The notes below the pieces were generated by a model that had not been told where the DNA came from, ran no database searches, and saw nothing but the letters and a program-made list of their open reading frames with translations. Positions 44,441 to 54,135 of a DNA stretch of 54,545 bases are shown here, piece after piece. Positions within the stretch are counted from its first letter, which is position 1; every line of letters begins with the position of its first letter. Position numbers and translations under genes: made by a program. The stretch comes from a virus (taxonomy: Duplodnaviria > Caudoviricetes), in IMG/VR virus record IMGVR_UViG_3300019881_000003, positions 1-54,545 of that record. One strand, given 5' to 3'.

Positions 44441-44481
44441 TGTAGACGTGTCTACATTGGGCGTGTAGAGTGGTCTACATG
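44441..44481 (+). promoter_or_regulatory. Double-operator leaderless promoter, copy 3
   Basis: TGTAGACGTGTCTACA-N7-TGTAGAGTGGTCTACATG. Confidence 0.85.
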
Positions 44482-44838
44482 ATGATGACCACAGTCGAAC
44501 TGGCCGAGATGCTCACGACCGCTGCCGACCGCATCCGCGACCTCGCGGCAGGCACGTCCGCCGCGCCGTGGGCGGAGCCCTACTACGACGACCACCCGGC
44601 CGAACAAGGCTGGTGGGTCCTCAACGGCCGCGAGGGCATGCGACAGCACGCCGTGTGCTCGACGTTCGCCTTGAACAAGCAGGACGAAGCCGACGCCCGA
44701 TGGATCGCCGCCCTGTCCCCGGCGGTGGCCCCGATGATCGAGGCGTGGCTGCGCGAAGCCGCCGAGATGTGCGGCGAGTGGGAAGACCAGATGACCGAGT
44801 CGGCCATCGCCCTGGCCAAGGTGCTGCTCACGCGGTGA
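44479..44838 (+). CDS. Antisense accessory gene, Ead/Ea22-like
   Basis: R.LA...S.APW ... DARWIAALSP pattern. Confidence 0.65.
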   Translation: MMMTTVELAEMLTTAADRIRDLAAGTSAAPWAEPYYDDHPAEQGWWVLNGREGMRQHAVCSTFALNKQDEADARWIAALSPAVAPMIEAWLREAAEMCGEWEDQMTESAIALAKVLLTR

Positions 44839-44861
44839 CGGCCGAGGCGTTTCCCGTTTCC

Positions 44862-45446
44862 TCAGGAGCGGGTGGCGACCATCGCTGCCGAGCCGCCGAA
44901 CATCGACGCCAGCCACGCACGAGTCGCAGGCGGGATCTCCATCACCGACTGCACCGCCTCCGCGCCCTGCGCATACGTCACCGAGTAGTCGTCGATCCGC
45001 TCCGCCACCACACCCGCGTGAGTCGCGTAGCCGTCCGCGGCAGCGGCCATGCCCGCCGACGCATACGAACACGCCAGATCCACGATGTCGGCCGGCACGA
45101 CCGGCAGGCCGTGAACCTGAGTGACATCCACCGGGCAAGGCCCGCCGTCGACACCCCACCCACACGCCCGCCACAACCGGCCATCACCCGACAGGCGCCA
45201 GTCGGTGACCGCCGTCCCGTCCACCACCACCGACGCCACCGCCGTCACCGGCGGGCCGAACAGACGCAGATACCGGTCGGCGCGGTAGCCGTCGTAGCGG
45301 ATCGTTGAGGTGACCTCGCTGATCGGGGAACCCGCCGCCCCGCGGATCGACGCCGACGCCGCCGCCAGCATCGTCGCCGCGAGACCGCCGTCGGTGACCG
45401 CGATGTTGCGGTCCCCCAAATCCAGCAGCGACGCCAGCGCTTCCAC
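44862..45446 (-). CDS. Head-to-tail adaptor
   Basis: ASASIRGAAGSPIS, L.L.GPPVTAV.SV, VPADIVDL.C, ERIDDYSVTY. Confidence 0.85.
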   Translation of the reverse strand: MEALASLLDLGDRNIAVTDGGLAATMLAAASASIRGAAGSPISEVTSTIRYDGYRADRYLRLFGPPVTAVASVVVDGTAVTDWRLSGDGRLWRACGWGVDGGPCPVDVTQVHGLPVVPADIVDLACSYASAGMAAAADGYATHAGVVAERIDDYSVTYAQGAEAVQSVMEIPPATRAWLASMFGGSAAMVATRS

Positions 45447-45454
45447 GACAGCGG

Positions 45455-46045
45455 CTACGTGGCCACGACGCGCGGGATGAAGTTCTTGATCGCCGGACTG
45501 GCGACCGTCGCGGGCGCCGTGGTGGTGAGGCCCGTCTCCGACGACTGCGACACGTTGTGCTCGCCCGTGACGACCGGCCGGGCACCGACCGCGCCGATCA
45601 GCGAGGGCGTCGTACCGGCGGTGACGTTGATCGCCGCCCAGTGCACACCGGTCTTCACCACCCGGTATGCGGTGGCCAGGGCGAGAGTCTTCACCGTGTT
45701 CGCGCCCCACGCCGTGTTCGTCTGGTCTGCGGATTGGGCGATCAGCGCGGGCACCGTCTGCGTGTCGTACAACGCCACCCAGTACGCGGTCGGTGTGGCT
45801 GCGGCGGTCGCACCGGACACGAACGACAGGTTCGTGACCAGGTCACCAGCGACCAGGAACAGCGGCACGCTGGTCATCACGCCAGTCGCCAGCGCCACAT
45901 TGCCGCTGTCGCCAGCGCTGTCGGCGAGCCCCAGGCGTGGGAGGTTGGTGCGGTAGAACGTGTCCGGGGACGCCGGGTCTGTCGCCACCGCGTAGCCCAG
46001 CAGGTCACGCACGTTGCGGTTGTAGAGACCGAGCTGCTCACTCAT
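45455..46045 (-). CDS. Virion (capsid-associated?) protein
   Basis: Beta-rich, downstream of the capsid gene. Confidence 0.65.
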   Translation of the reverse strand: MSEQLGLYNRNVRDLLGYAVATDPASPDTFYRTNLPRLGLADSAGDSGNVALATGVMTSVPLFLVAGDLVTNLSFVSGATAAATPTAYWVALYDTQTVPALIAQSADQTNTAWGANTVKTLALATAYRVVKTGVHWAAINVTAGTTPSLIGAVGARPVVTGEHNVSQSSETGLTTTAPATVASPAIKNFIPRVVAT

Positions 46046-46358
46046 CGGAAGATCCCTTCGTGCCGTACTTGGCGACCAGGTCGGCCTTCGTCATCGCGTC
46101 GGCATCGTCCTCAGTGGCGCCCTGCTTCACCGCGTACGCGACCCAGTCGGCCTTCACGTCGGTCGTCTTCGGCCGGTCGTCGTCGATGGTCTGACTGCCC
46201 TCGACCGGTTCGACGCCGTAGCCGTGGCGCCGGCAGTACGCCAGCGCCCGCGCATCCGACCTGCTGTCCGCGGTCGCCTTACCATCCCGGAACACCAGAG
46301 CGGCCACATCACCGTTGAACGTGGCGACCGGGGCCGTCACCGTGAACTTCTCAGACAT
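46038..46358 (-). CDS. Capsid-adjacent protein with C-terminal helical (HeH-like) domain
   Basis: LAYCRRHGYGV; KADWVAYA..MTKADLV. Confidence 0.7.
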   Translation of the reverse strand: MSEKFTVTAPVATFNGDVAALVFRDGKATADSRSDARALAYCRRHGYGVEPVEGSQTIDDDRPKTTDVKADWVAYAVKQGATEDDADAMTKADLVAKYGTKGSSDE

Positions 46359-46362
46359 GCGG

Positions 46363-47427
46363 TCACCGAACCTTGATGTTGCGGAACACGCCGCAGCAGC
46401 GTGTGTTGCGGAGAACCATCCCGATCGGACCCATCTCCACCTCGCCGGTTTTCACCGCACCCGACGTGGTGTAGTCGGGCATCCATGTCTGCAGGATCGG
46501 GATGCCGGCCACGGACGCGCCGTGTAGTGCGTCCATCCCGAAACACACCGCATACAGGTCGGTGAGACCGGTGATGTTGCCGCCCGCCCCGCCACCGTCG
46601 GCGTCGCGGGTTTCGATGGGCACGATCGGCCCCACGCCGGTGGCGTTGTCGCCGACGTCCATCAACACCCAGTCGCCGTAGAACTCGATGTGGCGGCCCA
46701 GGTCGTCCTTCGACTGGGTGTAGATCCCGGCCCAGCGGGCGAGCGCCCGCACACGGGTGATCGACTGGGTGTTCCCGAGGATCGCCTTCACACCCGGGGG
46801 GAGTGCGCCCGGCGTACCCAGGTCCCCGCCGCCTGTGGTGGACGGCACCAGACGGGACAGGAAGTCGTCGAGCTTGTCCAGCGCGGCCATCGCCAGCGCC
46901 TGCGTGTTGACGGTGCCCGGCGTCCAGTCCACGTAGCCCAGGGTGACGCCCTCATCGTTGGGGTCGTACTCGGTCGACGCGCCGGTCAGGGTCTTGTCGA
47001 GACCGTTGAAGCCGGTCGCGTCAACCGCCGTGTCCCCGTTCACCAACTCGTCCTGGAACTTGTTCCGGACGCTGGTGAGGAGCTGCTGCATCTGGAACCC
47101 GAGCTCGGCAGAACTCGCCTCACCCAGGCGGGCGAGGGTGCGGTCGATGTCGAACGCCCCACCCAGCGGATGCAGCTCGACAGTCAACCGCTCGCGGGTC
47201 GCCTGGCCGGGCGTGTACTCCTGGTTGAACCCGCGGAACGCGGCAGCGCGGGCCTGGAGCAGACGGGTGTAGCCGTAGACCAGCGACCCGCCGCCCGTAC
47301 CAGGCGTGACGGTGTCATCGAACACGATCTGGTCGAACAGCCACGAGTAGCGGCGAATGTTGTCGATCACCGCATAGTCGATGTCGACCGACGTGTTGAG
47401 CTGCGCCTGAGCGAGCGTGGTGGGCAT
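46363..47427 (-). CDS. Major capsid protein
   Basis: TLAQAQ, LGGAFDIDR, NGDTAVD..GFNGL, VKTGEVEMGP; follows the scaffold. Confidence 0.92.
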   Translation of the reverse strand: MPTTLAQAQLNTSVDIDYAVIDNIRRYSWLFDQIVFDDTVTPGTGGGSLVYGYTRLLQARAAAFRGFNQEYTPGQATRERLTVELHPLGGAFDIDRTLARLGEASSAELGFQMQQLLTSVRNKFQDELVNGDTAVDATGFNGLDKTLTGASTEYDPNDEGVTLGYVDWTPGTVNTQALAMAALDKLDDFLSRLVPSTTGGGDLGTPGALPPGVKAILGNTQSITRVRALARWAGIYTQSKDDLGRHIEFYGDWVLMDVGDNATGVGPIVPIETRDADGGGAGGNITGLTDLYAVCFGMDALHGASVAGIPILQTWMPDYTTSGAVKTGEVEMGPIGMVLRNTRCCGVFRNIKVR

Positions 47428-47444
47428 GAGTCACTCCCCGTGCT

Positions 47445-48131
47445 TTAGTGCGGAGCGAGGCTCCGGCGGATGGCCTCATCGAGGCTCTTGGGACGTGCAG
47501 GCTTCGCAGGCTTTGCGCCCGCGTCCGCGCTGCCCTTGAACCGGGGCGTGCCGCCTTGCGCGGGACTGGCCGACAGGTAGGGCTTCTGCTCCAAGAGTTC
47601 CGTGAGGGCCTCTTGGATGGCCTCGACGTCGGGTGAGCCCTTGTCGAGGAAGTCGTCGATCTTGTGGTCGCGCATCACCAGGGCCACCGCGTCGGCCGGG
47701 TCCGCGAATCCGCGCGCCGCCTTCGCCTCGATGGTGGTGAGAACCTGCGCGCGCGAGTGCTTTTCGTTCAGCTCGGCCTCGACCTGCCGGCGGATCTCAT
47801 CCGGGTCGGGTGCGGGTTCGGTCGGCTGGTCGGCGGGCTTGTCGGTCTTCGCCGCGGGCGGCTTCGGCTTGGGCTTGCGCGCTTCCGCGAGATCCGTCTC
47901 GGCGGTGATCCGCCGTTCCCGCTCGCGCTTCAAGCGGGCCTTCATCGAGTCGAGCGCCTTCTTGCCGGGGTCTTCGAGCGCGTCCGCGCCCTCGGGGTCC
48001 GGTTCGCCGTCCGTCGCGTCAGCGGCGTTCTCGGCGCCATCCCCGGCGGGGTCCTGCGTGTCGTCCGGCCCGGTGTCGGGCGGGTCTGTTGGCGGCGTGG
48101 ACGCAGGCTGGGCAGGCTTGGGCGCGGTCAT
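47445..48131 (-). CDS. Capsid scaffolding protein
   Basis: L.DPGKKALD.MK, ADPADA, LL..KPYL, RFKGSADAG. Confidence 0.88.
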   Translation of the reverse strand: MTAPKPAQPASTPPTDPPDTGPDDTQDPAGDGAENAADATDGEPDPEGADALEDPGKKALDSMKARLKRERERRITAETDLAEARKPKPKPPAAKTDKPADQPTEPAPDPDEIRRQVEAELNEKHSRAQVLTTIEAKAARGFADPADAVALVMRDHKIDDFLDKGSPDVEAIQEALTELLEQKPYLSASPAQGGTPRFKGSADAGAKPAKPARPKSLDEAIRRSLAPH

Positions 48132-48261
48132 GTCTCTCCTTGCGAGAGGGGATGAGATCCCGCCGTTGCGGCAGGGAGGGATGCCGAACCGTGACCTGAA
48201 CAGGCGAAGGATTCGGCGGTGAACAGCACTTACAAGGCCAGCGGCTAGAACCACCCGCCGG

Positions 48262-48465
48262 TCACGAGGGTGGGTACCACCAGTGCTCGTCGGTGCGGAC
48301 CCGATCCGGATGCCGACCCGGCGGCAGACCCATCGCCAGCCGGTCCGCGTCCGTGATGTGCGGCACCGTGAACGCGCCGTCCTCGACAGTGACGGTGGCC
48401 TGGTCGTGGGAATCAACCCGGATCCGGTCGTGGAACCGCACCGGGATCACGTCGAACACCGTCAC
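48262..48465 (-). CDS. Small hypothetical protein
   Basis: GTGA overlap. Confidence 0.5.
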   Translation of the reverse strand: MTVFDVIPVRFHDRIRVDSHDQATVTVEDGAFTVPHITDADRLAMGLPPGRHPDRVRTDEHWWYPPS

Positions 48466-48737
48466 GGGCCGGGCTCGTCCACGGTGATCTTCACCAGCGC
48501 GTCGACCGATGCCCCGAGCTCGGCGAGACCGTCGAGGATCGCGCCAGCCGCTGCACGGTTGATGTCCTTCGACGACTCCGACAGCTGCTCGTACGGGACC
48601 ATCACCTCTTCGCCGGACTCGCTGAGCCGCGAGGTCGTACCCCCGGCCCGCTTGCCGGCCAGGTAGCCCTCGTGCGACTTGGCGGCGAGCAGCTCCACCA
48701 ACTCGTCGCGGGTTGCGTAGCGGCGGCGCTGCGGCAT
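48462..48737 (-). CDS. RyR (ryanodine receptor repeat)-like domain protein
   Basis: LAAKSHEGY...K...G ... MVPYEQLSESSKDINR resembles LA..H..W..K..G..LVPY..L.E.EK..DR. Confidence 0.6.
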   Translation of the reverse strand: MPQRRRYATRDELVELLAAKSHEGYLAGKRAGGTTSRLSESGEEVMVPYEQLSESSKDINRAAAGAILDGLAELGASVDALVKITVDEPGP

Positions 48738-48750
48738 GACGGGTCTCCAA

Positions 48751-50541
48751 TCAGCGGGACGGCGACGTCTTGCTCGCCGGGGGCTTTGCGGCAGGCGCCG
48801 CGTTGTCCGCTGGCGGCGTCGCACCAGGCGGACCGGCCGGAGGCTTACCGAACGCTGGTGCCGCGCCAGGCGGGGTGATCACCGGGGCCACCGGCTCCGG
48901 GGTGCCCGCCGTTGCCTTCTCCTCCGACTGCAAGGTGATCGGCAACAGACCCGTGTGCTCGATGTCCGGCAGACCCACAGCCTTGAGCAGGGCAGCCGGT
49001 TCGAACCCTGACCGGAAGCCGGTGCCCACGAAGTTCATGGCCGTGTTCAGCTGATCCACCGGATCCGGGCCCTCGGCGGCGGCCTCGTCAGGCTGCTCGT
49101 CCTGGCCCTCCGCGGCGCGCATCTTCACCACACGCTCCACCTCGAGCGGGTTCAAACCGTACTGCTCGGCGATCCACTCGAACGGAAACCCCATCGTGTG
49201 CAGCTTCGTCAAGGCGTCAACCTTCTGGCCCAGGGCGCGGTACTGGAAGTCATCCCAGACGACGGTGCCCGAGCGGACGGCCTTGGCCTTCTTCTCGTCG
49301 CCCATCGCCAGGGCGATCAGCCGGTACACCGAGCGCAACCCGGGGGACAGGTAGGTGGTGCGCTCCCGCGTCTTCGCCACCAGGCCCGTCTCCGCCGCGG
49401 TCAAGGCCTCGGCCGACAGGTTTGCGACCTTGCCGATCAGATAGTGGGGCGGCGTGCGGGTCTGGGCGGCGATGTGCTCCACCGCCCGCTCGATCACCGC
49501 CGAGAACACGTCCAGCGAGGCAGTGGACCATTCGGCGATCTTCGCGTTCTGACCCGGCACCCACAGGATCCGTTCCTTGATCAGGGTGTCCAGCTCGAGC
49601 GGCCGGTGCCCGACGACCTGGCCCTCGTCGTTCAACACGGGGATCTTGGGGATCTCGGCGCCGGTCACCACCCGCTGCGGCAAGCTCGCGTAGTCGAGGG
49701 CGTTCATCAGGTACGCCCAGACCAGGTTGATGCAGTCCTGCATGGCGATCACACCGTCGATGTCCGACAGCGGATTGTCGCGGTCCAGGAGGTCGTTGTT
49801 CGGGAGCTCCACCATCGCCACTTCACCCAGCGGGTTCGGCAACGGCCACGGCTCACCCGGTACTTCGCGCGGGGTCCAGCCGCCCGGCGCCATCGACGGC
49901 ACCACCAGACCCGAGCGCAGCCTGCCGTCCCGTAGGGCGGCGTTGCGCTGGAACTTCCACAGGTGCCCGCCGTCATCCAGCACCGTGTACTCGAGCTTGT
50001 CGTCGCGCCACAGACGCATCCCGGCGACACGCTGCCCGCGGTCCCCATATTCGATGATCGCCTGGTCGGGGCGTTCGAACGTCACCTCGGGGGTGTCGTC
50101 GTTGTCCTCATTCCACACCGACGCGAACGACCGGGCCGCCGCGATCGACAGGACGAAGGCTTTGGACGCGCCGGCGTCGCCGTCGTTCGCGCGCCACACG
50201 CGTTCGAGCTCGGAGTCGACGCCGCGCTGCTCGCCGTCCAACCGGACCCCGAGCGGGTTCATCCGCTCGGCTGGCGCGTTCACCACGCTGCTGCACCAGT
50301 TGTCGTTGAAGCCCTTGAACCGGGCGCCGAAGTAGGAGGCAAACTCGTCGGACGCGTACCGGAGGGGGTGTTCTCCGGTGTAGTAGTCGAGGCGCTTCTT
50401 GACCAGCTTCTCGCGCTCAACCAGCTCGAACGCCAACCGGTTCAGCTTGTCGACCACGACACGCGTGTCGGCGGTCATCTGCGGGCCGGACGTGGTGGTG
50501 GCCAGCGGGTCGGGCATCGCGGCGAGTTCGAGCGACGTCAC
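48751..50541 (-). CDS. Portal protein (SPP1 gp6-like)
   Basis: YYTGEH, DNWC..VV, PNPLG.V.MVE, QD.IN, PQRVV, TRTPPHYL, NLSAEAL.AAE. Confidence 0.95.
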   Translation of the reverse strand: MTSLELAAMPDPLATTTSGPQMTADTRVVVDKLNRLAFELVEREKLVKKRLDYYTGEHPLRYASDEFASYFGARFKGFNDNWCSSVVNAPAERMNPLGVRLDGEQRGVDSELERVWRANDGDAGASKAFVLSIAAARSFASVWNEDNDDTPEVTFERPDQAIIEYGDRGQRVAGMRLWRDDKLEYTVLDDGGHLWKFQRNAALRDGRLRSGLVVPSMAPGGWTPREVPGEPWPLPNPLGEVAMVELPNNDLLDRDNPLSDIDGVIAMQDCINLVWAYLMNALDYASLPQRVVTGAEIPKIPVLNDEGQVVGHRPLELDTLIKERILWVPGQNAKIAEWSTASLDVFSAVIERAVEHIAAQTRTPPHYLIGKVANLSAEALTAAETGLVAKTRERTTYLSPGLRSVYRLIALAMGDEKKAKAVRSGTVVWDDFQYRALGQKVDALTKLHTMGFPFEWIAEQYGLNPLEVERVVKMRAAEGQDEQPDEAAAEGPDPVDQLNTAMNFVGTGFRSGFEPAALLKAVGLPDIEHTGLLPITLQSEEKATAGTPEPVAPVITPPGAAPAFGKPPAGPPGATPPADNAAPAAKPPASKTSPSR

Positions 50542-50567
50542 GCACACCCCCGACCTACGCTGCAGGG

Positions 50568-51008
50568 ATGACCGAACCGCTGGAGCCTGGGACCGTTGTC
50601 CGCTCGGCGATGGCCTCGCAGAGCATCTGGGTGAAGACCAACCACGGCTGGGTGTGGATCGACCGGTACACGGGCGATGTCCAAACCACCCTGGATCACT
50701 GCGCCATGACCGATGCCGAGGCACTCTACGGGCCTGAGTTCTGGGTGCAGGCGTGGGACGGTCGGACGGTCAAGCAGTGGGATCGCGTTGGTGGCGGCTC
50801 TGCCGCCGACCCTGACGCCTTCGGCGTCGTACCCGCGAGCTCGAAGCGCGACGGCCCCACGGACATGTGGGCAGTCACCTACCGGGGCCAGACACTCGGC
50901 CGGTTCGATCACCTAGCCGACGCGGAAGCGGACATGCTCGACCGCCACCAGCGCGCGATCCGAGACGTCCAGGCTCACCCTCGGCCGGACGTTGACGACG
51001 CCGTGTAG
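50568..51008 (+). CDS. Antisense accessory gene between terL and portal (leaderless)
   Basis: TACGCT -10 before ATG; convergent overlap with terL end. Confidence 0.65.
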   Translation: MTEPLEPGTVVRSAMASQSIWVKTNHGWVWIDRYTGDVQTTLDHCAMTDAEALYGPEFWVQAWDGRTVKQWDRVGGGSAADPDAFGVVPASSKRDGPTDMWAVTYRGQTLGRFDHLADAEADMLDRHQRAIRDVQAHPRPDVDDAV

Positions 51009-52651
51009 ATCACCGAATCCGGTAGCCACAGGTCGGCGGCCGTTGCGTCACACGCCGCCTCATGCGCCAACACCGACGCCACCGACGCATCAATCTTCTG
51101 CGGCGGCGAGGCTTTCACCAGCACATACCGCTCCGACGGACGCGGAGCACGCCGGGCGTTCGCGATGTGATCCGCCGTGATCGGGCAGCCGTCGTGGCTG
51201 AACCCGGAGTCCCGCTTCACCACATCGGTCAGCAGGCGCTCGCAGGCGGCGTGCATCTGAACGATCCGATACGTCGCGAACCTCAACACGATCTGATCAC
51301 CCAACACGGCGGCCCAGCCGTCGATCTCCGACTCCCAATACGGCGGATCGATATACGCCCTGATCACCCTGAACCGGGAGAACAACTCGTCGACCGCCGC
51401 CGCGACCTCAAGGCGCGGGACCTGCCCGCCGTAGTCCGCCGGATTCCAGATCGTCGCCGTATCATCCGGCCCAAACGTCGGGGTGAACTGGAACCCGTCC
51501 TGCGTTTCCGCCCGGATCGCCGTCCAGTCATCCACATCCGAGCCGTCCATACCCAGCGTGACCTGCGTGTCATAGCCCGGCACGCGCGGCTTGGTGACCG
51601 TCCGCTTCGCCCACTTCACGCTGTCACACCAATGGCCCGCGCCCGCGACACTGCGGTTACCGAAAAACCTCTCGGCCTGACCCGGGTCCAGCTCCATCAG
51701 CTCGAGCGCTTCGGCCTCGATCGAATCGAGGTCGATGTGGCCGCCGCGCTCCCGCAACGACGAGGCGTACACATGGCGCATGATCTTGCGACGCTCACGC
51801 TTGTCCCGAAACGACAGGTGCTTCGGGGCCTGCGGGAAAAACCGGAACACGTCCCTGGCCGCCGACTTGAGCGTCCGCAACGCGACGCTGTCCTCGGTTG
51901 GGTCCGGGGCGTTCGTCGTCTCTTCCGCGCGGCCACCCATGCCGGCCAGACCACGGCGCTGCGTCTCCGCAACTTTGATCATCTTGTTCTGCTCGGTCCA
52001 AATACCCGTCTCGTCCATCGGGACGTACGTGACGCGCTGACCCAGCCGGGACTGCGCCGACGACGTGACCGCGTCGATGCGGCCGCCGTTCGGCAGGCGG
52101 ATGAACTCCTCACCCGTCTTCGGGATGATCTCGTGCAACGGCCCGTCGTCGATCATCGGGCGGAGTGCGTCGTAGATGTTGTCGGTCTGCTCCTGCGAAA
52201 ACGCCGTGATCTGAATCAGCGGCGTCGGCCACGGCATACCCATCGGCTCGCCCGGCTCGTACTCGTAGACCCAGCCGCAACCGCAGCCATGATCGCGGCA
52301 GGCGTACGTCTCGCCGCCCTTGGCCCACCCGGCGAACAGCGCCGGGCCCACACCCTGCAGGCAGATCTGGGTAGCCGTGTAGGGCGCTTTACCCATCTTC
52401 TGCGGCAGAATGACCTGTGACCTGCGGTTATGGAACGCGGGCGCCAGGACCGGATTGTCCGGCACCCACTTCGCATCCGGCTTCACCCGGTAGAAGTTGA
52501 GCAGACACCACGCCTGCCACTCATACAGCTCGAACCGCCGGCCCTTACGGAACTGATCCGGGACGATGCAATGCTGCGGCACCCAATCCACCGCGACGAA
52601 CAGGGTCGGCCAGGCGACTACAAACTCGGGTTGCTGCTCACGCCCCGCCAT
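50975..52651 (-). CDS. terL: Terminase large subunit
   Basis: PQKMGK Walker A, MDETG Walker B, ETTNA, LGMDGS..DWT nuclease, KIDA. Confidence 0.95.
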   Translation of the reverse strand: MAGREQQPEFVVAWPTLFVAVDWVPQHCIVPDQFRKGRRFELYEWQAWCLLNFYRVKPDAKWVPDNPVLAPAFHNRRSQVILPQKMGKAPYTATQICLQGVGPALFAGWAKGGETYACRDHGCGCGWVYEYEPGEPMGMPWPTPLIQITAFSQEQTDNIYDALRPMIDDGPLHEIIPKTGEEFIRLPNGGRIDAVTSSAQSRLGQRVTYVPMDETGIWTEQNKMIKVAETQRRGLAGMGGRAEETTNAPDPTEDSVALRTLKSAARDVFRFFPQAPKHLSFRDKRERRKIMRHVYASSLRERGGHIDLDSIEAEALELMELDPGQAERFFGNRSVAGAGHWCDSVKWAKRTVTKPRVPGYDTQVTLGMDGSDVDDWTAIRAETQDGFQFTPTFGPDDTATIWNPADYGGQVPRLEVAAAVDELFSRFRVIRAYIDPPYWESEIDGWAAVLGDQIVLRFATYRIVQMHAACERLLTDVVKRDSGFSHDGCPITADHIANARRAPRPSERYVLVKASPPQKIDASVASVLAHEAACDATAADLWLPDSVIYTASSTSGRG

Positions 52652-53261
52652 CGCGGACGACCTTGAACCGGTCCCGCGCCGACGACCCCACCGCTACCGG
52701 GGTCGGCCCGTCACGACGAGCACCCACCTCGTCAGGCGCGATCCGCCACCGGTTGCGCAGCATCGCCGCCGGATTCAAGCCCAGACGGTCCGACCACTGC
52801 CGGGCCTCTTTCGCGTCGTTCAACGACCCGAGCTCGCCCAGCACCTTGTGCCGCACATACTGGGCCACATCCCGCGACCAGCCCTGACACACCCACACCG
52901 CGGCCTGCGGAGTCCGCCACAACTCGCCCCACACCGTGCCCTCAAGATCCCGCTGCGCATCCAACTGCCGATCCAACACCGCGATCCGCAGGTTCGCCGA
53001 CTCCAACTGCTTCCGCAGCTTCACCCGATCCCGGTCCTCCGCGGCAGCCAGATCATCGGTCAAGCGCTGCGCCCGATCCAAAGCCACGTCACGGTCAGCC
53101 GACAGGGACACGTCATCCAACAACGGCCACGCTGGCACCGTGCCCGCATAGCCGCCGGCCGGCAGCAGCGTCCAACCATCCCTATCCGACGGGCGGTCAC
53201 GACGCAACGCATTCGGATCCGGCGGCGGACCAGAGTTGATCCGCGCCCCACCCTTAGGCAC
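52638..53261 (-). CDS. terS: Terminase small subunit
   Basis: GGAR..SGPPPDPNALRR, LWRTPQA..W, LGL.P....R.RW.I. Confidence 0.85.
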   Translation of the reverse strand: MPKGGARINSGPPPDPNALRRDRPSDRDGWTLLPAGGYAGTVPAWPLLDDVSLSADRDVALDRAQRLTDDLAAAEDRDRVKLRKQLESANLRIAVLDRQLDAQRDLEGTVWGELWRTPQAAVWVCQGWSRDVAQYVRHKVLGELGSLNDAKEARQWSDRLGLNPAAMLRNRWRIAPDEVGARRDGPTPVAVGSSARDRFKVVRDGGA

Positions 53262-53553
53262 CGGGCACCCCCGGCTCACGCAGGTCAGCCGGGATGTCAC
53301 GCAGCAGCGTCACGTCGATATCGCCGACGAACACGACCACCTCGGCGAGCGACGGCAAGACATCCTTCAACCTGGCCAACACCCGTTCCATCGCCGTCGG
53401 CGGCACGTCCCCCGCGTTGCCGATCAACAGCACGTCACCCGGCTGCACATGCAGCACCTGCAGCCGACGTTCACTCTCCCCGACCGAACTAACGGAATCG
53501 GCCGTTCGCGTTACATTCGCGTCGGGGCCCCCCGCTTCCGGCCCGCTAGACAC
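53254..53553 (-). CDS. Hypothetical protein
   Basis: VQPGDVLLI motif; overlaps neighbours. Confidence 0.55.
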   Translation of the reverse strand: MSSGPEAGGPDANVTRTADSVSSVGESERRLQVLHVQPGDVLLIGNAGDVPPTAMERVLARLKDVLPSLAEVVVFVGDIDVTLLRDIPADLREPGVPGA

Positions 53554-53767
53554 CGGGCACCACCCGCAAGGCGTCCACGATCCGCTGACCCCAGTGCAGA
53601 TAGCACTCCTGCGCGGCGATGTGCTGCTCGCCGTTGCCATCGGCGATGACCATGTACAGCTGGGTGGCCTTGCCGTCGTCCTGCTCAGTGAGCCAGTAGT
53701 GCCAACCGCTGGCGCTCGCGAGGACCTGCGCACCGGGCCACTGGTACTCGGGCGGAATCTTGGACAT
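53546..53767 (-). CDS. Hypothetical protein
   Basis: AAGGAG RBS, ATG start. Confidence 0.65.
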   Translation of the reverse strand: MSKIPPEYQWPGAQVLASASGWHYWLTEQDDGKATQLYMVIADGNGEQHIAAQECYLHWGQRIVDALRVVPGV

Positions 53768-53841
53768 GGTCAACTCCTTCGCGCTGCATTGCGCAGCACA
53801 CACCCACCGCATTGCGCGGCCGGGATGACACGATGAAACAC

Positions 53842-54135
53842 ATGACCGACCTGGCCACCTGGCTACTCGCCCAGATCGCGAGGGATGCGCAAGGTGCCCG
53901 CGCGCTGCCCCACGCCATCGGCAACATCCAGTCCCTTTGGTCGCCAGACCGCCTGCTCGCCAAGGCCGACGCCACACGACGGATCATCGAGTTGCATCGA
54001 GCCGAACCAGGTCAGCACCCAGACGTCTGCGGCCACGACCTGCACGAACTCCCGTGCCCGACGCTGCGTCTCGAATGCCTGCCCTACGCCGACAAGCGCG
54101 GATACCGCGAGGAGTGGCGCCCCGATTTGTCGTGA
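53842..54135 (+). CDS. DUF6221-like protein
   Basis: DL..WL.AQI..D, P.R.LA...A.RRII..H, CPTLR...LPYAD..GYREEWRP. Confidence 0.8.
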   Translation: MTDLATWLLAQIARDAQGARALPHAIGNIQSLWSPDRLLAKADATRRIIELHRAEPGQHPDVCGHDLHELPCPTLRLECLPYADKRGYREEWRPDLS

